A stretch of DNA of 64,000 nucleotides from Eledone cirrhosa (Eukaryota): the NCBI GenBank assembly GCA_964016885.1, contig OZ024755.1, positions 19,282,001 through 19,346,000 on the forward strand. The letters are read 5' to 3'. A model generated the notes under the pieces. That model was not told the DNA's origin, ran no database searches, and saw nothing but the letters and a program-made list of their open reading frames with translations. Position 1 is the first letter of the stretch; the number at the start of each line of letters is the position of its first letter. Positions 1 through 11,799 of the stretch are shown here, one piece after another. A program made the position numbers and the translations under genes.

Positions 1-1683
1 ACATCTACTGAAAGAGCTTCAATGAATTGAAAGAACTGGAAATTGTTGCTGCTAAAGTAATCCTACTACTACATCTACTGAAAGAGCTTCAATGAATTGA
101 AAGAACTGGAAATTGTTGCTGCTAAAGTAATCCTACTACCACATCTACTGAAAGAGCTTCAATGAATTGAAAGAACTGGAAATTGTTGCTGCTAAAGTAA
201 TCCTACTACCACATCTACTGAAAGAGCTTCAATGAATTGAAAGAACTGGAAATTGTTGCTGCTAAAGTAATCCTACTACTACATCTACTGAAAGAGCTTC
301 AATGAATTGAAAGAACTGGAAATTGTTGCTGCTAAAGTAATCCTACTACCACATCTACTGAAAGAGCTTCAATGAATTGAAAGAACTGGAAATTGTTGCT
401 GCTAAAGTAATCCTACTACCACATCTACTGAAAGAGCTTCAATGAATTGAAAGAACTGGAAATTGTTGCTGCTAAAGTAATCCTACTACCACATCTACTG
501 AAAGAGCTTCAATGAATTGAAAGAACTGGAAATTGTTGCTGCTAAAGTAATCCTACTACTACATCTACTGAAAGAGCTTCAATGAATTGAAAGAACTGGA
601 AATTGTTGCTGCTAAAGTAATCCTACTACTACATCTACTGAAAGAGCTTCAATGAATTGAAAGAACTGGAAATTGTTGCTGCTAAAGTAATCCTACTACC
701 ACATCTACTGAAAGAGCTTCAATGAATTGAAAGAACTGGAAATTGTTGCTGCTAAAGTAATCCTACTACTACATCTACTGAAAGAGCTTCAATGAATTGA
801 AAGAACTGGAAATTGTTGCTGCTAAAGTAATCCTACTACCACATCTACTGAAAGAGCTTCAATGAATTGAAAGAACTGGAAATTGTTGCTGCTAAAGTAA
901 TCCTACTACCACATCTACTGAAAGAGCTTCAATGAATTGAAAGAACTGGAAATTGTTGCTGCTAAAGTAATCCTACTACTACATCTACTGAAAGAGCTTC
1001 AATGAATTGAAAGAACTGGAAATTGTTGCTGCTAAAGTAATCCTACTACTACATCTACTGAAAGAGCTTCAATGAATTGAAAGAACTGGAAATTGTTGCT
1101 GCTAAAGTAATCCTACTACCACATCTACTGAAAGAGCTTCAATGAATTGAAAGAACTGGAAATTGTTGCTGCTAAAGTAATCCTACTACCACATCTACTG
1201 AAAGAGCTTCAATGAATTGAAAGAACTGGAAATTGTTGCTGCTAAAGTAATCCTACTACTACATCTACTGAAAGAGCTTCAATGAATTGAAAGAACTGGA
1301 AATTGTTGCTGCTAAAGTAATCCTACTACCACATCTACTGAAAGAGCTTCAATGAATTGAAAGAACTGGAAATTGTTGCTGCTAAAGTAATCCTACTACC
1401 ACATCTACTGAAAGAGCTTCAATGAATTGAAAGAACTGGAAATTGTTGCTGCTAAAGTAATCCTACTACTACATCTACTGAAAGAGCTTCAATGAATTGA
1501 AAGAACTGGAAATTGTTGCTGCTAAAGTAATCCTACTACCACATCTACTGAAAGAGCTTCAATGAATTGAAAGAACTGGAAATTGTTGCTGCTAAAGTAA
1601 TCCTACTACCACATCTACTGAAAGAGCTTCAATGAATTGAAAGAACTGTAAATTGTTGCTGCCACATCTACTGAAAGAGCTTC
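1..1683. repeat. 70-bp tandem minisatellite, at least 23 near-identical units (runs off the window start)
   Basis: Unit ACATCTACTGAAAGAGCTTCAATGAATTGAAAGAACTGGAAATTGTTGCTGCTAAAGTAATCCTACTAC(C/T) recurs every 70 bp; only the last base varies. Confidence 0.97.
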
Positions 1684-1796
1684 ACCATCATTTCAGATAT
1701 ATGCAAATGGCTGTTTTTCAAAGTTCACAAATAAAGGTGTTTGGAAGAATGATTGAACAAAACATTATAATTTATATATTTATTTCAGAATATATA

Positions 1797-2060
1797 TATA
1801 TACATACATATGCAAGCATGAGAAAATGGACGGAAAAGGATGATGATATATATATATATATCATGGTTTTATATATATATATATATATACATACATATGC
1901 AAGCATGAGAAAATGGACGGAAAAGGATGATGATATATATATATATCATGGTTTTATATATATATATATATACATACATATGCAAGCATGAGAAAATGGA
2001 CGGAAAAGGATGATGATATATATATATATCATGGTTTTATATATATATATACATACATAC
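1797..2060. repeat. About 88-bp unit x3 (retroposon tail plus AT microsatellite)
   Basis: TACATACATATGCAAGCATGAGAAAATGGACGGAAAAGGATGATGAT(AT)nCATGGTTTT repeated three times. Confidence 0.85.
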
Positions 2061-2216
2061 AAAGAAGCAATGTTTATTTTTGTCATAATTATTAACACAC
2101 ACACTTACACATACACACATGTTCACACACACACACACACACATATATGCTTACTTGAACACCAACTGAAAATGATTTAATCAAAAAAAGGTTTACATAT
2201 GGAAATTACATAGGAT

Positions 2217-2380
2217 TTAGTATTCCTGCATTTCTATAGTATGTGCTTGTTTATTTTGGATATTCTTGTCTTTCAGTTTCGCTTGTAACAGAATATGTTC
2301 CACCACTCCACTGCGAACATCCATCTGAGAACATTCCTTCTTCAGCTGTTGCAACGTCTGCTTAATCTTAACAAGTGGGG
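2217..2380 (-). CDS. IFT57: Intraflagellar transport protein 57, last coding exon (10)
   Basis: (A)PLVKIKQTLQQLKKECSQMDVRSGVVEHILLQAKLKDK...QEY* matches the IFT57 C-terminus; AG acceptor at 2382-2381; AATAAA on minus at 2078-2073. Confidence 0.93.
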
Positions 2381-3696
2381 CTTTAAAACAGAAAGAGAAA
2401 GAAAGACTCAGTTTGAGAAACAAATAAAGCTGAAAATGATGGAAAATTTAAGAAAATCAGAAGGCCAAAGTAATAAACATCGTTGCTACTTGCCCAATTG
2501 CACCTCTCAAAGGCAATGACTCAGGACCAAGACCTCTGGCGTTATGCAGTAATACATAAGACCCGACTTCCCACAGGTACAGGCCAAAGCTGGAGCATAT
2601 AGACAGTATGCCACCACCCCCTCCCACTGTGAAGTGGTCGTGGAGGTGTCACAACAAAAATCACCCAGTCCACACTGTAAAGTGGTCGTGTAGGCACCAT
2701 GGTAAAACAGCACCCAGTACTTACTCTAAATGAGGTTGGTGTAAGGAAGGGCATCCAGCTGCAGAAATCAAGCTAAAATCAGTTCCGTATGAGCAAGACA
2801 TGGTCACCTGACCTGGCATTGCGCATAACAGGACAACCTGTCTGACGCATGCTAGCGTGGAAGAATGGACGTAAAACAGTGATGATGATGTTACTTAGTC
2901 ATAAATTAACCCTGATCAATCAGAGATTTGATCAAAGGCCTTCCCATGTTATTTTGTTGGGTTTTTTTTTCGCATATCCTGAAAAAATTCAGGAAGGTCA
3001 CAAGTGGAATGCCTTTGCTCATAAAGCATGGATTATTCCTAGTTAACATTTTAACCCTTTAGCATCTACATTACTCTATATTTACTATTGTATTTTCACA
3101 GTAAAGGTTTTACTTTACATAATTATCTCACATAATATTGAAGATATGAGATTTTGATGTTATTTATTTTGAGAACAATACCTTAACATTGGTATGAGCG
3201 GCCGGTTACAGCTGGTTTGAACAGAAAAAGGTGAGAGAATTCTGGCCAGATATGGCCGGTTTAAATGCTAAAGATTTAATGTTTCCCACATGAAATATGT
3301 TACAACTAACGTAACTATAGCTTACCAAAAAAAGGTTTGGGTGGACCCTTCAATTGTGACAAAGACATGACAACAACTTCTATGCACTCAGTAGAACATG
3401 AGACCATATGTAAATGACATGCAGACATCTGGTCTGTCTGGGAGGTCAGAAGCCCTGCTTCAGTACTGACATGGTCTATGTAGACCTGTTCGACCTTTGC
3501 TAGCAGGGAAAGTGGACATTAAATGATGACGTTGATATCATCATCATCATTTAATGTCCAAAGGTTAGATGAGTTTGAGGCAAGATGGGTCAGGTGGCCA
3601 TGTCTTGCTTATACAGAACTGTATCCGGCTTGGTTTCTATTGCTGGATATAAATACCAAAATACCAAAATAGAATAATTTTTATTGTCTTACTAAC

Positions 3697-3763
3697 CTCC
3701 ATCAGTCATTGTGTTTCCTCTTTCTTCCATTTCAGTTTTCACTTTGTCAAGTTCTTCTGTAAT
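3697..3763 (-). CDS. IFT57: IFT57 coding exon 9
   Basis: ITEELDKVKTEMEERGNTMTDG; AG/GT flanks; phase fits exons 8 and 10. Confidence 0.93.
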
Positions 3764-4264
3764 CTAAAATAAACAAACAAGATTCTATTAAAGCTGGACA
3801 TTTGACATTAAGTATTAACTATCTGAACTACATTGTCTCTCTCTCTGGCTCTTCAGTCTTAGTTAACAAATAAATAAATCCATAGACTTGACACAGTTGG
3901 AGGGTTTCATATACTGGAAATTATGCCAGCATTATATAATACCAACAGAAATAAAAGGGTATACACATACTCTCGGGTCCCAAATAATAGGGGAATGAGG
4001 AGGAAAAAGCTTGAAAAATTTTCTAGGTTGTCTCCATTTATCATTTTAAAAACCTGAATTAGTTGTTTAGTTTACATCTTGAGACCCCAACCCATCCTAT
4101 TTATTTTATAACATATGGGATTTCTAGTAATGTACTTTTTTTTGTCATGTATAATGTTTTTTAATGTATAAAGAAAATTAATTGTTGCAGGGATGCTACC
4201 ACTTAAAATAAAATTTCGCTTCAGATATTATTCAAGACCCAAGAGTACACCAGAAAAGGTTTCA

Positions 4265-4460
4265 GAGACTGACAAAGTAACCATGCTCTGGGATATGCCA
4301 ATCCACTTTGACAGGGAGATCAAGGCTATTGTGCTGCATAGTATTGTCAAGGGCCATTAGAAAAGGAAAGTACTTCCTAATTGAAGTTTCTGTCCCAACA
4401 GATGATAGTCTATCTCAAAACAAAATAAAGAAATTACCTAAATACAAAGATCTTGAAATC
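4265..4460 (+). mobile_element. Decayed RLE-type (R4/NeSL-like) non-LTR retrotransposon endonuclease fragment
   Basis: Frameshifted KVTMLWDMPIH...KYFLIEVSVPTD...KKLPKYKDL. Confidence 0.6.
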
Positions 4461-4499
4461 ATCATCATCATCTTGCAGCCTTGGCTAAAATAGATTCAA

Positions 4500-4725
4500 T
4501 GACAGATCACCACATGGGTCTGTCACTCATGGCAGGAGCTGGGTCCTGAATGTGAACACCAGCATACTTAGCTATGACATCTGGATAAGAGAGCTTGCTG
4601 TGACCCCTTCGTCTTGAGACAGGTGCAGGTTTCCAAAGCACCAAAGAGGACACAGCTTCCTTTGAAGCTCGATGACAATGGCCAGCAAACTTCACCCATA
4701 AGCTACAGACCATTACAGAAGCCAA
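4500..4725 (-). mobile_element. RTE-like LINE 3' ORF fragment
   Basis: KFAGHCHRASKEAVSSLVLWKP...RRGH...SYPDVI, an RTE C-terminal pattern. Confidence 0.6.
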
Positions 4726-4926
4726 ACTCTATGACTTAAAATATGCTTAACATAGAGAAAATACTGCTTCAAGGAACTGCACTTATACTAAATAGAGTAC
4801 TTTCAAGACAAAACTGAAACAGAACTCTGCATGTAGTCAAGGTGCATAGAACTGTGCTCAGTAGTGCAGTGAAAGCATTCAATATAAATAAAACTACTGA
4901 GAAAAATAAAATGATAATAGACTCAC

Positions 4927-5193
4927 TTCCGCTAAAATGCGAGAACGGTCAGTTAATCCACCACTAGCTTGACGGTATCGTTCTTTGATCTCAGCTAGCT
5001 GATCCTGGAAGGCACGGAATTCTGTGAGAGAATGATCCAGTTGCTTGTTCGTATATTTCTCACGGCTACGGATTTTCTCGAGGGATCTGTCTATTTCATC
5101 TTGGAGTTCTTGGAGATAGGACTTTGTTTCTTCCATGGAAACTTCTATGTTGCTCTTGTGCTGATGCATTTGATCGACATGGAGTCGCCAATC
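4927..5193 (-). CDS. IFT57: IFT57 coding exon 8
   Basis: DWRLHVDQMHQHK...LEKIRSREKYTNKQL...ERYRQASGGLTDRSRILAE, conserved IFT57 coiled-coil; CAG/GTGAGT flanks. Confidence 0.96.
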
Positions 5194-5280
5194 CTGCAAA
5201 GATCATTTATAAATGTAAATACCTTCAAAAAAACTAAACCTTTGTATCTCTCAAGCTAGTTAATGAAACCTACTCCTTTC

Positions 5281-5628
5281 ATCATCATCATCATCATCAT
5301 TTTACGTCTGCTTTTTCCCTGCTTGCAAGGGTGGGACGGGAACTGATTCTGGCTTGATTTCTACAGCCGGATGCCCTTCCTAACACCAACCTCATTTACA
5401 GTGAGTGCTGGGTGCTTTTTTCCGTGGCGCCTACATGTCCACTTTGCAGTGGAATGATATGGACCCCAGTCCCTATCATCTCATTTCTACAGCTGAGGAG
5501 TAAACTGGAGTAATGTGAAAAAATAAAGTGTCTTGCTCAAGGAAACAACACATCACCCGGTCTGAGAATTGAACTCACAACCTTTCGATTGCAAGGCCAA
5601 TGCTCTAACCCCTAAGACATGTGCCTCC
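5281..5628 (-). mobile_element. tRNA-headed SINE family B (RTE-type tail ending in (GAT)n)
   Basis: Near copy of 7420-7787 (-) and 40490-40863 (+); A/B boxes, AGGAAGGGCATCC body, (GAT)n tail. Confidence 0.8.
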
Positions 5629-5871
5629 ATAAAAATGGGAATAGAGTTAGTGATGACTACTGTGAAGAGAAATGGAATGAGATGGTTGAGTCATGTGACG
5701 AGGAAGGATGAAAATGACTGAGTAAGAGGAGTGATGGAAATAAATGTGGAAAGAATTAGAAGAGAAGACCAAGAAAGACATGGCCAAAGACAAAGTGGAT
5801 GTTTAAACAATGACAATGATGATGTTGATGATGATGTAAGCCATGGAAAGTTAAAATATAGTTCAGTTTAC

Positions 5872-5994
5872 CTTGTTATCTGTTCTAATTAAAACTTTCA
5901 ACTGTGGTGTAACTCTCTGTACCTCCAGAAGCCATTCATCAAGGTTTGTCTGTGATTCCAAGATACTTTCAGGTTTATTGCTACTGTCTTTCAA
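5872..5994 (-). CDS. IFT57: IFT57 coding exon 7
   Basis: LKDSSNKPESILESQTNLDEWLLEVQRVTPQLKVLIRTDNK; 123 nt, phase 0-0. Confidence 0.93.
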
Positions 5995-6041
5995 CTGAAA
6001 ATAGAATACAATAAATAACCAGTCACTTTACCTCTTTTTGA

Positions 6042-6195
6042 ACAAGAGAGAGGCATTGCTCATGGTCTTTGGACAAGAGAGAAAGGCATTGCTCATGGTC
6101 TTTGGACAAGAGAGAGAGGCATTGCTCATGGTCTTTGGACAAGAGAGAGAGGCATTGCTCATGGCCTCTGGACAAGAGAGAGGGAGGCACTGCTC
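6042..6195. repeat. 33-bp tandem repeat x about 4.5 in an IFT57 intron
   Basis: GGACAAGAGAGAGAGGCATTGCTCATGGTCTTT units, period 33. Confidence 0.9.
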
Positions 6196-6245
6196 ATTTA
6201 ACAATTCTGTCAATACACCACCTTTAATTTGTATTTCAAAATTAC

Positions 6246-6326
6246 CTTTGCTTCTTTGAGGGTCTGTAAGTTATCTAATCTCATCATTGGTTCTTCATCA
6301 AAATCATCACCAGCATCAACTTCATC
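6246..6326 (-). CDS. IFT57: IFT57 coding exon 6
   Basis: DEVDAGDDFDEEPMMRLDNLQTLKEAK, acidic linker; TAG/GT flanks, 81 nt, phase 0-0. Confidence 0.85.
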
Positions 6327-6509
6327 CTACAGGAAATAACAAACAAGAGAGAAAAGATTTTTTTTTTTTAATTAAATATAAAATACAAAGCAAAACTATT
6401 TCTTAAATCATTAACAGTTTCTTCTTACCTTGCTGCATCGTTACATATTTGTAAAGGTAGAGGCATGTAAAGGTAGAGGTGTGTAATGGTAGAAGGGTAT
6501 AAAATCAAT

Positions 6510-6682
6510 AATTGTTTCTACTTTTGGCACAAGGCCAGCAATTACCCAGTACATTACTGGTACTTTATTTTATCGACCCCGTAAGGATGAAAGGCAAAGT
6601 TAACCTCGGCGGGATTTGAACTCAGAATGGCAAGGGCCGTAACTCTATGCATCAAAGCATGGCGTCCAACCCTCTACCGATA
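6510..6682 (-). mobile_element. tRNA-derived SINE family A (more than 20 copies in the window, e.g. 18760-18935+, 20380-20600+, 28342-28465-, 31554-31745-, 37970-38160-, 38577-38790+, 47313-47455+, 49075-49292-, 49468-49655-)
   Basis: Head TGGCAGTATCGGTAGA...GAGTTCAAATCCC (A/B boxes), core TTTGCCTTTCATCCTTACGGGGTCGATAAAATAAAGTACC, end GTAGAAACAATT(ATT)n. Confidence 0.85.
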
Positions 6683-7039
6683 TAAAATCAATAATGGTTT
6701 CTAGTTAACCTGCATGAAGAACTATGTAGTAAGACAGCCTTTGTTGAATCTAGCCATATTAGAATATATTGTTAGTCTTATTCACATCAGTCACCAATCT
6801 GGTACTTTTCTCAAACTCTGAAGGTCTTTGGAGTAATGTTACTCAATAGAGTGTACTGTATAGCTCAGAGATCAGATAGTCGCTCCAGGTAGAGCTGCTA
6901 CTTCTCCAAATTGAGATCCCAAATCCAATATTACGGACACGTGGTCAGAATGTCTCAGGAAAGAATTACTGGTCAGATTTTACAGGCAAAAACCAACACC
7001 ACCACCACCACCACCTCTACCACTATGATGAGTACTTAC

Positions 7040-7136
7040 AACAATACCATCTTCTTCCATTTTATTAAGATCTAGTTCCATGTCTTCAGCCATTACAACA
7101 ATTTCTTCATCTTCCTCTTCTTCAGGATAAATAGGT
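7040..7136 (-). CDS. IFT57: IFT57 coding exon 5
   Basis: (K)PIYPEEEEDEEIVVMAEDMELDLNKMEEDGIV; TAG/GTAAGT flanks. Confidence 0.92.
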
Positions 7137-8464
7137 CTAAAACAGTAGAAAGTTACAAATAAAATAGAATTCAGATAAAAATAAGACTTTCATTTGGATC
7201 AATTATTTATTCAAATCATAAATTCATAAAAACTAAGTCCCTTTTTGAGGCACAAGTCCTGACAAGCTGTTTTAGTGAAAGACCAGCAGTCTTCTACACA
7301 CCACTGATGTTTTCTAAGGAAAATGTAAAGACTGCTACATACATACATACATATATCATCATCATCGTTTAACGTCTATCTTCCATGCTAGCATGGGTTT
7401 AGAATATATCATTTCATTTCATTTTACATCCGCTTTTCCCTGCTTGCAAGGGTGGGACAGGAACTGATTCTGGCTTGATTTCTACAGCTGGATGCCCTTC
7501 CTAACACCAACCTCATTTACAGTGAGTGGTGGGTGCTTTTTTTTCCGTAGCGCCTACTTTACAGTGTGGGCTGGGTGTTTTTTTTTGCCGTGGCACCTCC
7601 ACGACCACTTTACAGTGGAATGATAGGGACCCCAGTCCCTATCATCTCATTTCTACAGCTGAGTAAACTGGAGTAATGTGAAATAAAGTGTCTTGCTCAA
7701 GGAAACAACACATCACCCGGTCTGAGAATTGAACTCTCAACCTTTCGATTGCAAGGCCAATGCTCTAACCACTAAGCCATGAGCCACATAAAGACCCTCT
7801 TCGGTAACAAATGAGCATGGGACTTGCACCTAGGAAGTTCCCTTCTGAAGCACAAGTTTGGGCAAGGGTGTTTGTGTAAGACCAGCAGCCACCCATGCTT
7901 ACCAACCAATGTTGTCCAAGGGAAAGGCAAAGGCTAATATATACATACTTATATATAAAGACCCCCTTCGGTAACAAATGACCATGGAATTTGCACCTAG
8001 AACGTTCCCCTTCGAAGCACAAGTCTTGGAAAGGTGATTTAGTGGAAGTCCAGCAGTCTCCCCCTCCCCATGCCACAGACACCATCCAAGGGAAAGGCAA
8101 AACCCGATACATACATATAAATAGGGGTTTACTATCAGAAGTAAGGAATAAGATCAATATAATTTATGCTATATGTAAAACTAATATCATAGATACTTGT
8201 TTAGGAGAGCAGTGACTCTGATTCAAAATGACTGTATGGAGCAGACATGGACTCTGTAAGCTGTATTTAAAGCAACCCATCTAGGAGAGTAGACACCCTG
8301 AATAAAAATTGATATAGAGTGGCGAGGTCTCTCGAGTCCAGTAAAACAATCTCTCTAATGCTGATGGCACGAATAATGCTCCCAGTCCATGCTGTAAGGT
8401 GGTTAGGGATAGGAAGAGCATCCAGCCATAAAACAACCCTTTCAAAATTATGGAAAGCACTTAC

Positions 8465-8583
8465 TTTGACCATTTGAAGTTTTGTCTCTTTAGTGCTTCG
8501 TCTGCCAGACGATTGAGCACATATATACAGTATTCACCACAACCTTGTTTTAATTTTGAAGGAGCAAAGTTCAGTGTGTAACC
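8465..8583 (-). CDS. IFT57: IFT57 coding exon 4
   Basis: GYTLNFAPSKLKQGCGEYCIYVLNRLADEALKRQNFKWS; TAG/GTAAGT flanks. Confidence 0.93.
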
Positions 8584-9002
8584 CTAAATAGAAGAATATT
8601 CGATGAAAAAGGTTCATTTAAAAAAATAATTTCAGTGTAAATTACAGAAAAAAAACAAATTATTATATATATATATATATACGAGCGAGACACGGTCACC
8701 TGACCAATCTTACCTCAAGTGGGACAACTCCCATCTAACCCATGCTAGCGTGGAAGATAGATGTTAAACGATGATGATGATGATGATATATATTACATTT
8801 ATATATATCATCATCATCATTTAACGTCTATCTTCCACGCTAGCATGGGTTAGACGGGAGTTGTCCCACTTGAGGCAAGGTTGGTCGGTTGACCGTGTCT
8901 CGCTCATATAGGACTATCTGGCAGGTTTTCTAGAGCTGGATGCCCTTCCTAACACCAACCACATTTACAGTGTGGAACTGGGAACTTTATATATATATAT
9001 AT

Positions 9003-9663
9003 CATCATCATCATCATCGTTTAACGTCCATCTTCCACGCTTGCATGGGTTTGGACGGGAGTTTTCCCACTTGAGGCAAGAGTGGTTGTCTTGCTCGCAT
9101 AGGACTGTCTGGCGGGTTTTCTACGGCTGGGTGCCCTTCCTAACACCAACCACGTTTACAGTCTGGACTGGGAGGTTTTTACCGTGTTACCTACATGGCC
9201 ACATTACAGCGTGGACTGTGTGTTTTTTTGTTGTGACACCTACACGACCTCATTTATTTAGGACTGGATGTTGTGGTACCAACATAACTTTACATCGAAA
9301 GGGGTGGTGTGGATGGGGTGGGGGTAGTGGGATGGGGGTGTATTTTTGTTAAGAGGTGCCTACTGACTGTAGTAGGTTTCACTTTGTACTTAGGCAAGGC
9401 GGGTCTTCTGTATTATTGCATAGCGCCAAAGATCTCGGTCCAGTGACATTGTCTTGGAGAGGTGTAAGTGTGTAAGGTCGAGATTTATCAAGTCGTTCCA
9501 GGTTTTTCTGGGTCTGCCTACTCGGTAGTTGCCATCAATTTTGATCGCCCTGCACTTTTTTGTACAGCTGTTGTCTTTCATGCGCATCACGTGACCGTAC
9601 CAACGTAGTCTTCCCTCGAGTAAACAGCATCTGATCCCTCTTATTCCTAATTTCTCACTTAGT
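9003..9663 (-). mobile_element. RTE LINE 3' end (ORF end, 3' UTR and (GAT)n tail)
   Basis: RLRWYGHVMRMKDNSC...GRPRKTWNDLI...DRDLWRYA; same element at 33381-34044 (+) and 35911-36535 (-). Confidence 0.85.
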
Positions 9664-9712
9664 TATATCTATCTATCTAGGGCGGGTAAAATTCCCGAGA
9701 TCCATGGACAAG

Positions 9713-10101
9713 TTATCTCCAGTGGTCTCTGTCTCTCATCATCGCTGCCATGTCCTGCGTCTCCAAGAGACCAGTGTCTGTCCTTAGGGCATCAACATAT
9801 GTCAACCTCGGTCTCCCTCTTCCAGTGTGTCCATGCAGGGGCTCCCACTGGAGCACTGAGTGCAGTGTCAACTCTGGATGTCGGTGAGCATGTCCAGCCA
9901 ACCCCAGTCACCCCTGTGCTACTCTCCAGCTGACTTTTGGGCGGCTCCCGTACAGCTCTGAGTTCTTCATCCTCAGTGTATACTGATTAATGTTCAGAGC
10001 CATCCTCAGCATTCTCGTGAAGCACCCATCCACATTTGAGTGAGTTTCTTGGTCAGTGTCCAAGTCTCAGACCCGTACAGCAGCACAGACTCCACTACAG
10101 C
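9713..10101 (-). mobile_element. Second RTE-family LINE fragment
   Basis: AVVESVLLYGSETWTLTK...LAGHAHRH...WEPLHG..GRGRPRLTYVD. Confidence 0.8.
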
Positions 10102-10132
<31 letters not shown>

Positions 10133-10968
10133 ATATTGTTTAATAAGACAGTTGAAATGCAAATGATAGAGAGAGTGAAATTATATGCTTTACAGTACAA
10201 GGGTTGCCATATATATAAGATATACCTGTGGGCCATAAACAAAAAAAAAAAAAAAAAAAAAAAGTAAGCCATTACAAAAAAAGCTTGCTGATCCCTGTTT
10301 TAGATCCAGTCAGGAATTCAATTGGCATCATCATTAACATCATTTCACATCAATTTTCCACACTAGATGAAACAGTAATTAATTATAAAGTAAATTACCT
10401 TTGCAAATTACTTTTATAATCTGCCTCCCCCACACCACCCCAACCCATGCTCTAAAGTGGTCGTTTTGGTATCAAGACAAAAAGAGGACAGTCCATATTA
10501 TAAAGTGGTTGTGTTGGTGACATGACAAAAAGCGCCCAGTCAACGCTGTAAGGTGGTCGTGCAGGAGTCACAACAAAAAGCGCCCAGTCAACGCTGTAAG
10601 GTGGTCGTGCAGGAGTCACGACAAAAAGCGCCCAGTCAACGCTGTAAGGTGGTCGTGCAGGAGTCACGACAAAAAGTCCCTGGTCCACTCTGTAAATGTG
10701 GTTGATGTTAGGAAGAACATCCAGCCGTAGAAACCTAGCCAAAATCAGTTCTGTATGAGCAAGACACAGCCATCTGATCTGGCTTGTCTCACAATGGGAC
10801 AACTTGTCTAAGCCATGCTAGAGAGGTAAAAAAATGGACGGTAAACGGTGATGTTGATGATGAAGATGGTGGTGATGAATTCAGTTACATCGTAACTGAA
10901 TACACAAAATACATTTGAAATAATGAAATAATTTTTTATTTTTGAAAATAAGTAAAAATAAGCCTTAC

Positions 10969-11022
10969 AAAATCTCGCACCACTTCCAGTATACTTGATA
11001 TTGTAGCATTAGGGTCGTCTTT
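10969..11022 (-). CDS. IFT57: IFT57 coding exon 3
   Basis: KDDPNATISSILEVVRDF (DDPNATIS motif); TAG/GTAAGG flanks. Confidence 0.92.
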
Positions 11023-11542
11023 CTACAAGTAAATCATTAAAAATAAAAAAAATTTTAATGTAATATTTGTAGAATGGAAGTGAAATCAAAACAAGAAAAT
11101 TCTGACAAAGCAAATAGATAAATGGATAAGAATTTATAAATATTGTATTAGTCTCATCAGCACTTCTCTTTAAGCCATTACACTCCTCTTCATAAATTGT
11201 TAGTGATAATTATTGCTAGCCATAGTCATAATTATTGGAGTCATAGGGGCGCCGTATCAACATATGGCATTTCTTGGGCATTTTAAGTCGGGCGGAGCCC
11301 ATTTGTCTCCAGGTCTGAATACAGCAGATTTCTTCCAGAGAAGGATAGAAAGTGTGAAAGAGATATAGAGCAAGAATGTCTTTGCTGATACGGTTTCACA
11401 GTGGTACAGGACATTAAGAGCATTCCTTGAAAGAAAACATCGTAGAATTCATCATAGAAACAACACAAAGTAAAACCTACCACGTGTATGAGAATGAACA
11501 AGAAAATAAAGAATACAAAAGCAACGATTACTAATAAAATAC

Positions 11543-11651
11543 CTCTTGTGGGATATCAAACTGTCTCCCAGTTCCTTGTATCAACCAAGCTGCCAGGCAG
11601 GTGAACATGTAGAACTGTTCACCAGGATTTGTTGGAAGAGCAAAGTAATGC
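11543..11651 (-). CDS. IFT57: IFT57 coding exon 2
   Basis: (R)HYFALPTNPGEQFYMFTCLAAWLIQGTGRQFDIPQE, signature of the IFT57 N-terminal domain. Confidence 0.96.
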
Positions 11652-11799
11652 CTAAAGAAGATAAGATAAGAAAAGAAATAAGAAAAATAGATATAATTAT
11701 TATTAACTAAAAAAGCTACAGTTTAGGACCTCACAACCTGCAAAGGCAGGGGAAGGGCTGCACAAAATATTTACATGGTATATATATATGTATATGTAG

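Noticed and set aside
1-1683. CRISPR-like appearance of the regular arrays (also 11800-13697)
   Set aside because: Head-to-tail units with no unique spacers, no cas genes, eukaryotic context
6032-6206. Possible IFT57 cassette exon over the 33-bp repeat (AG and GT present)
   Set aside because: 175 nt would shift the frame and the flanking introns would be only 37-39 nt
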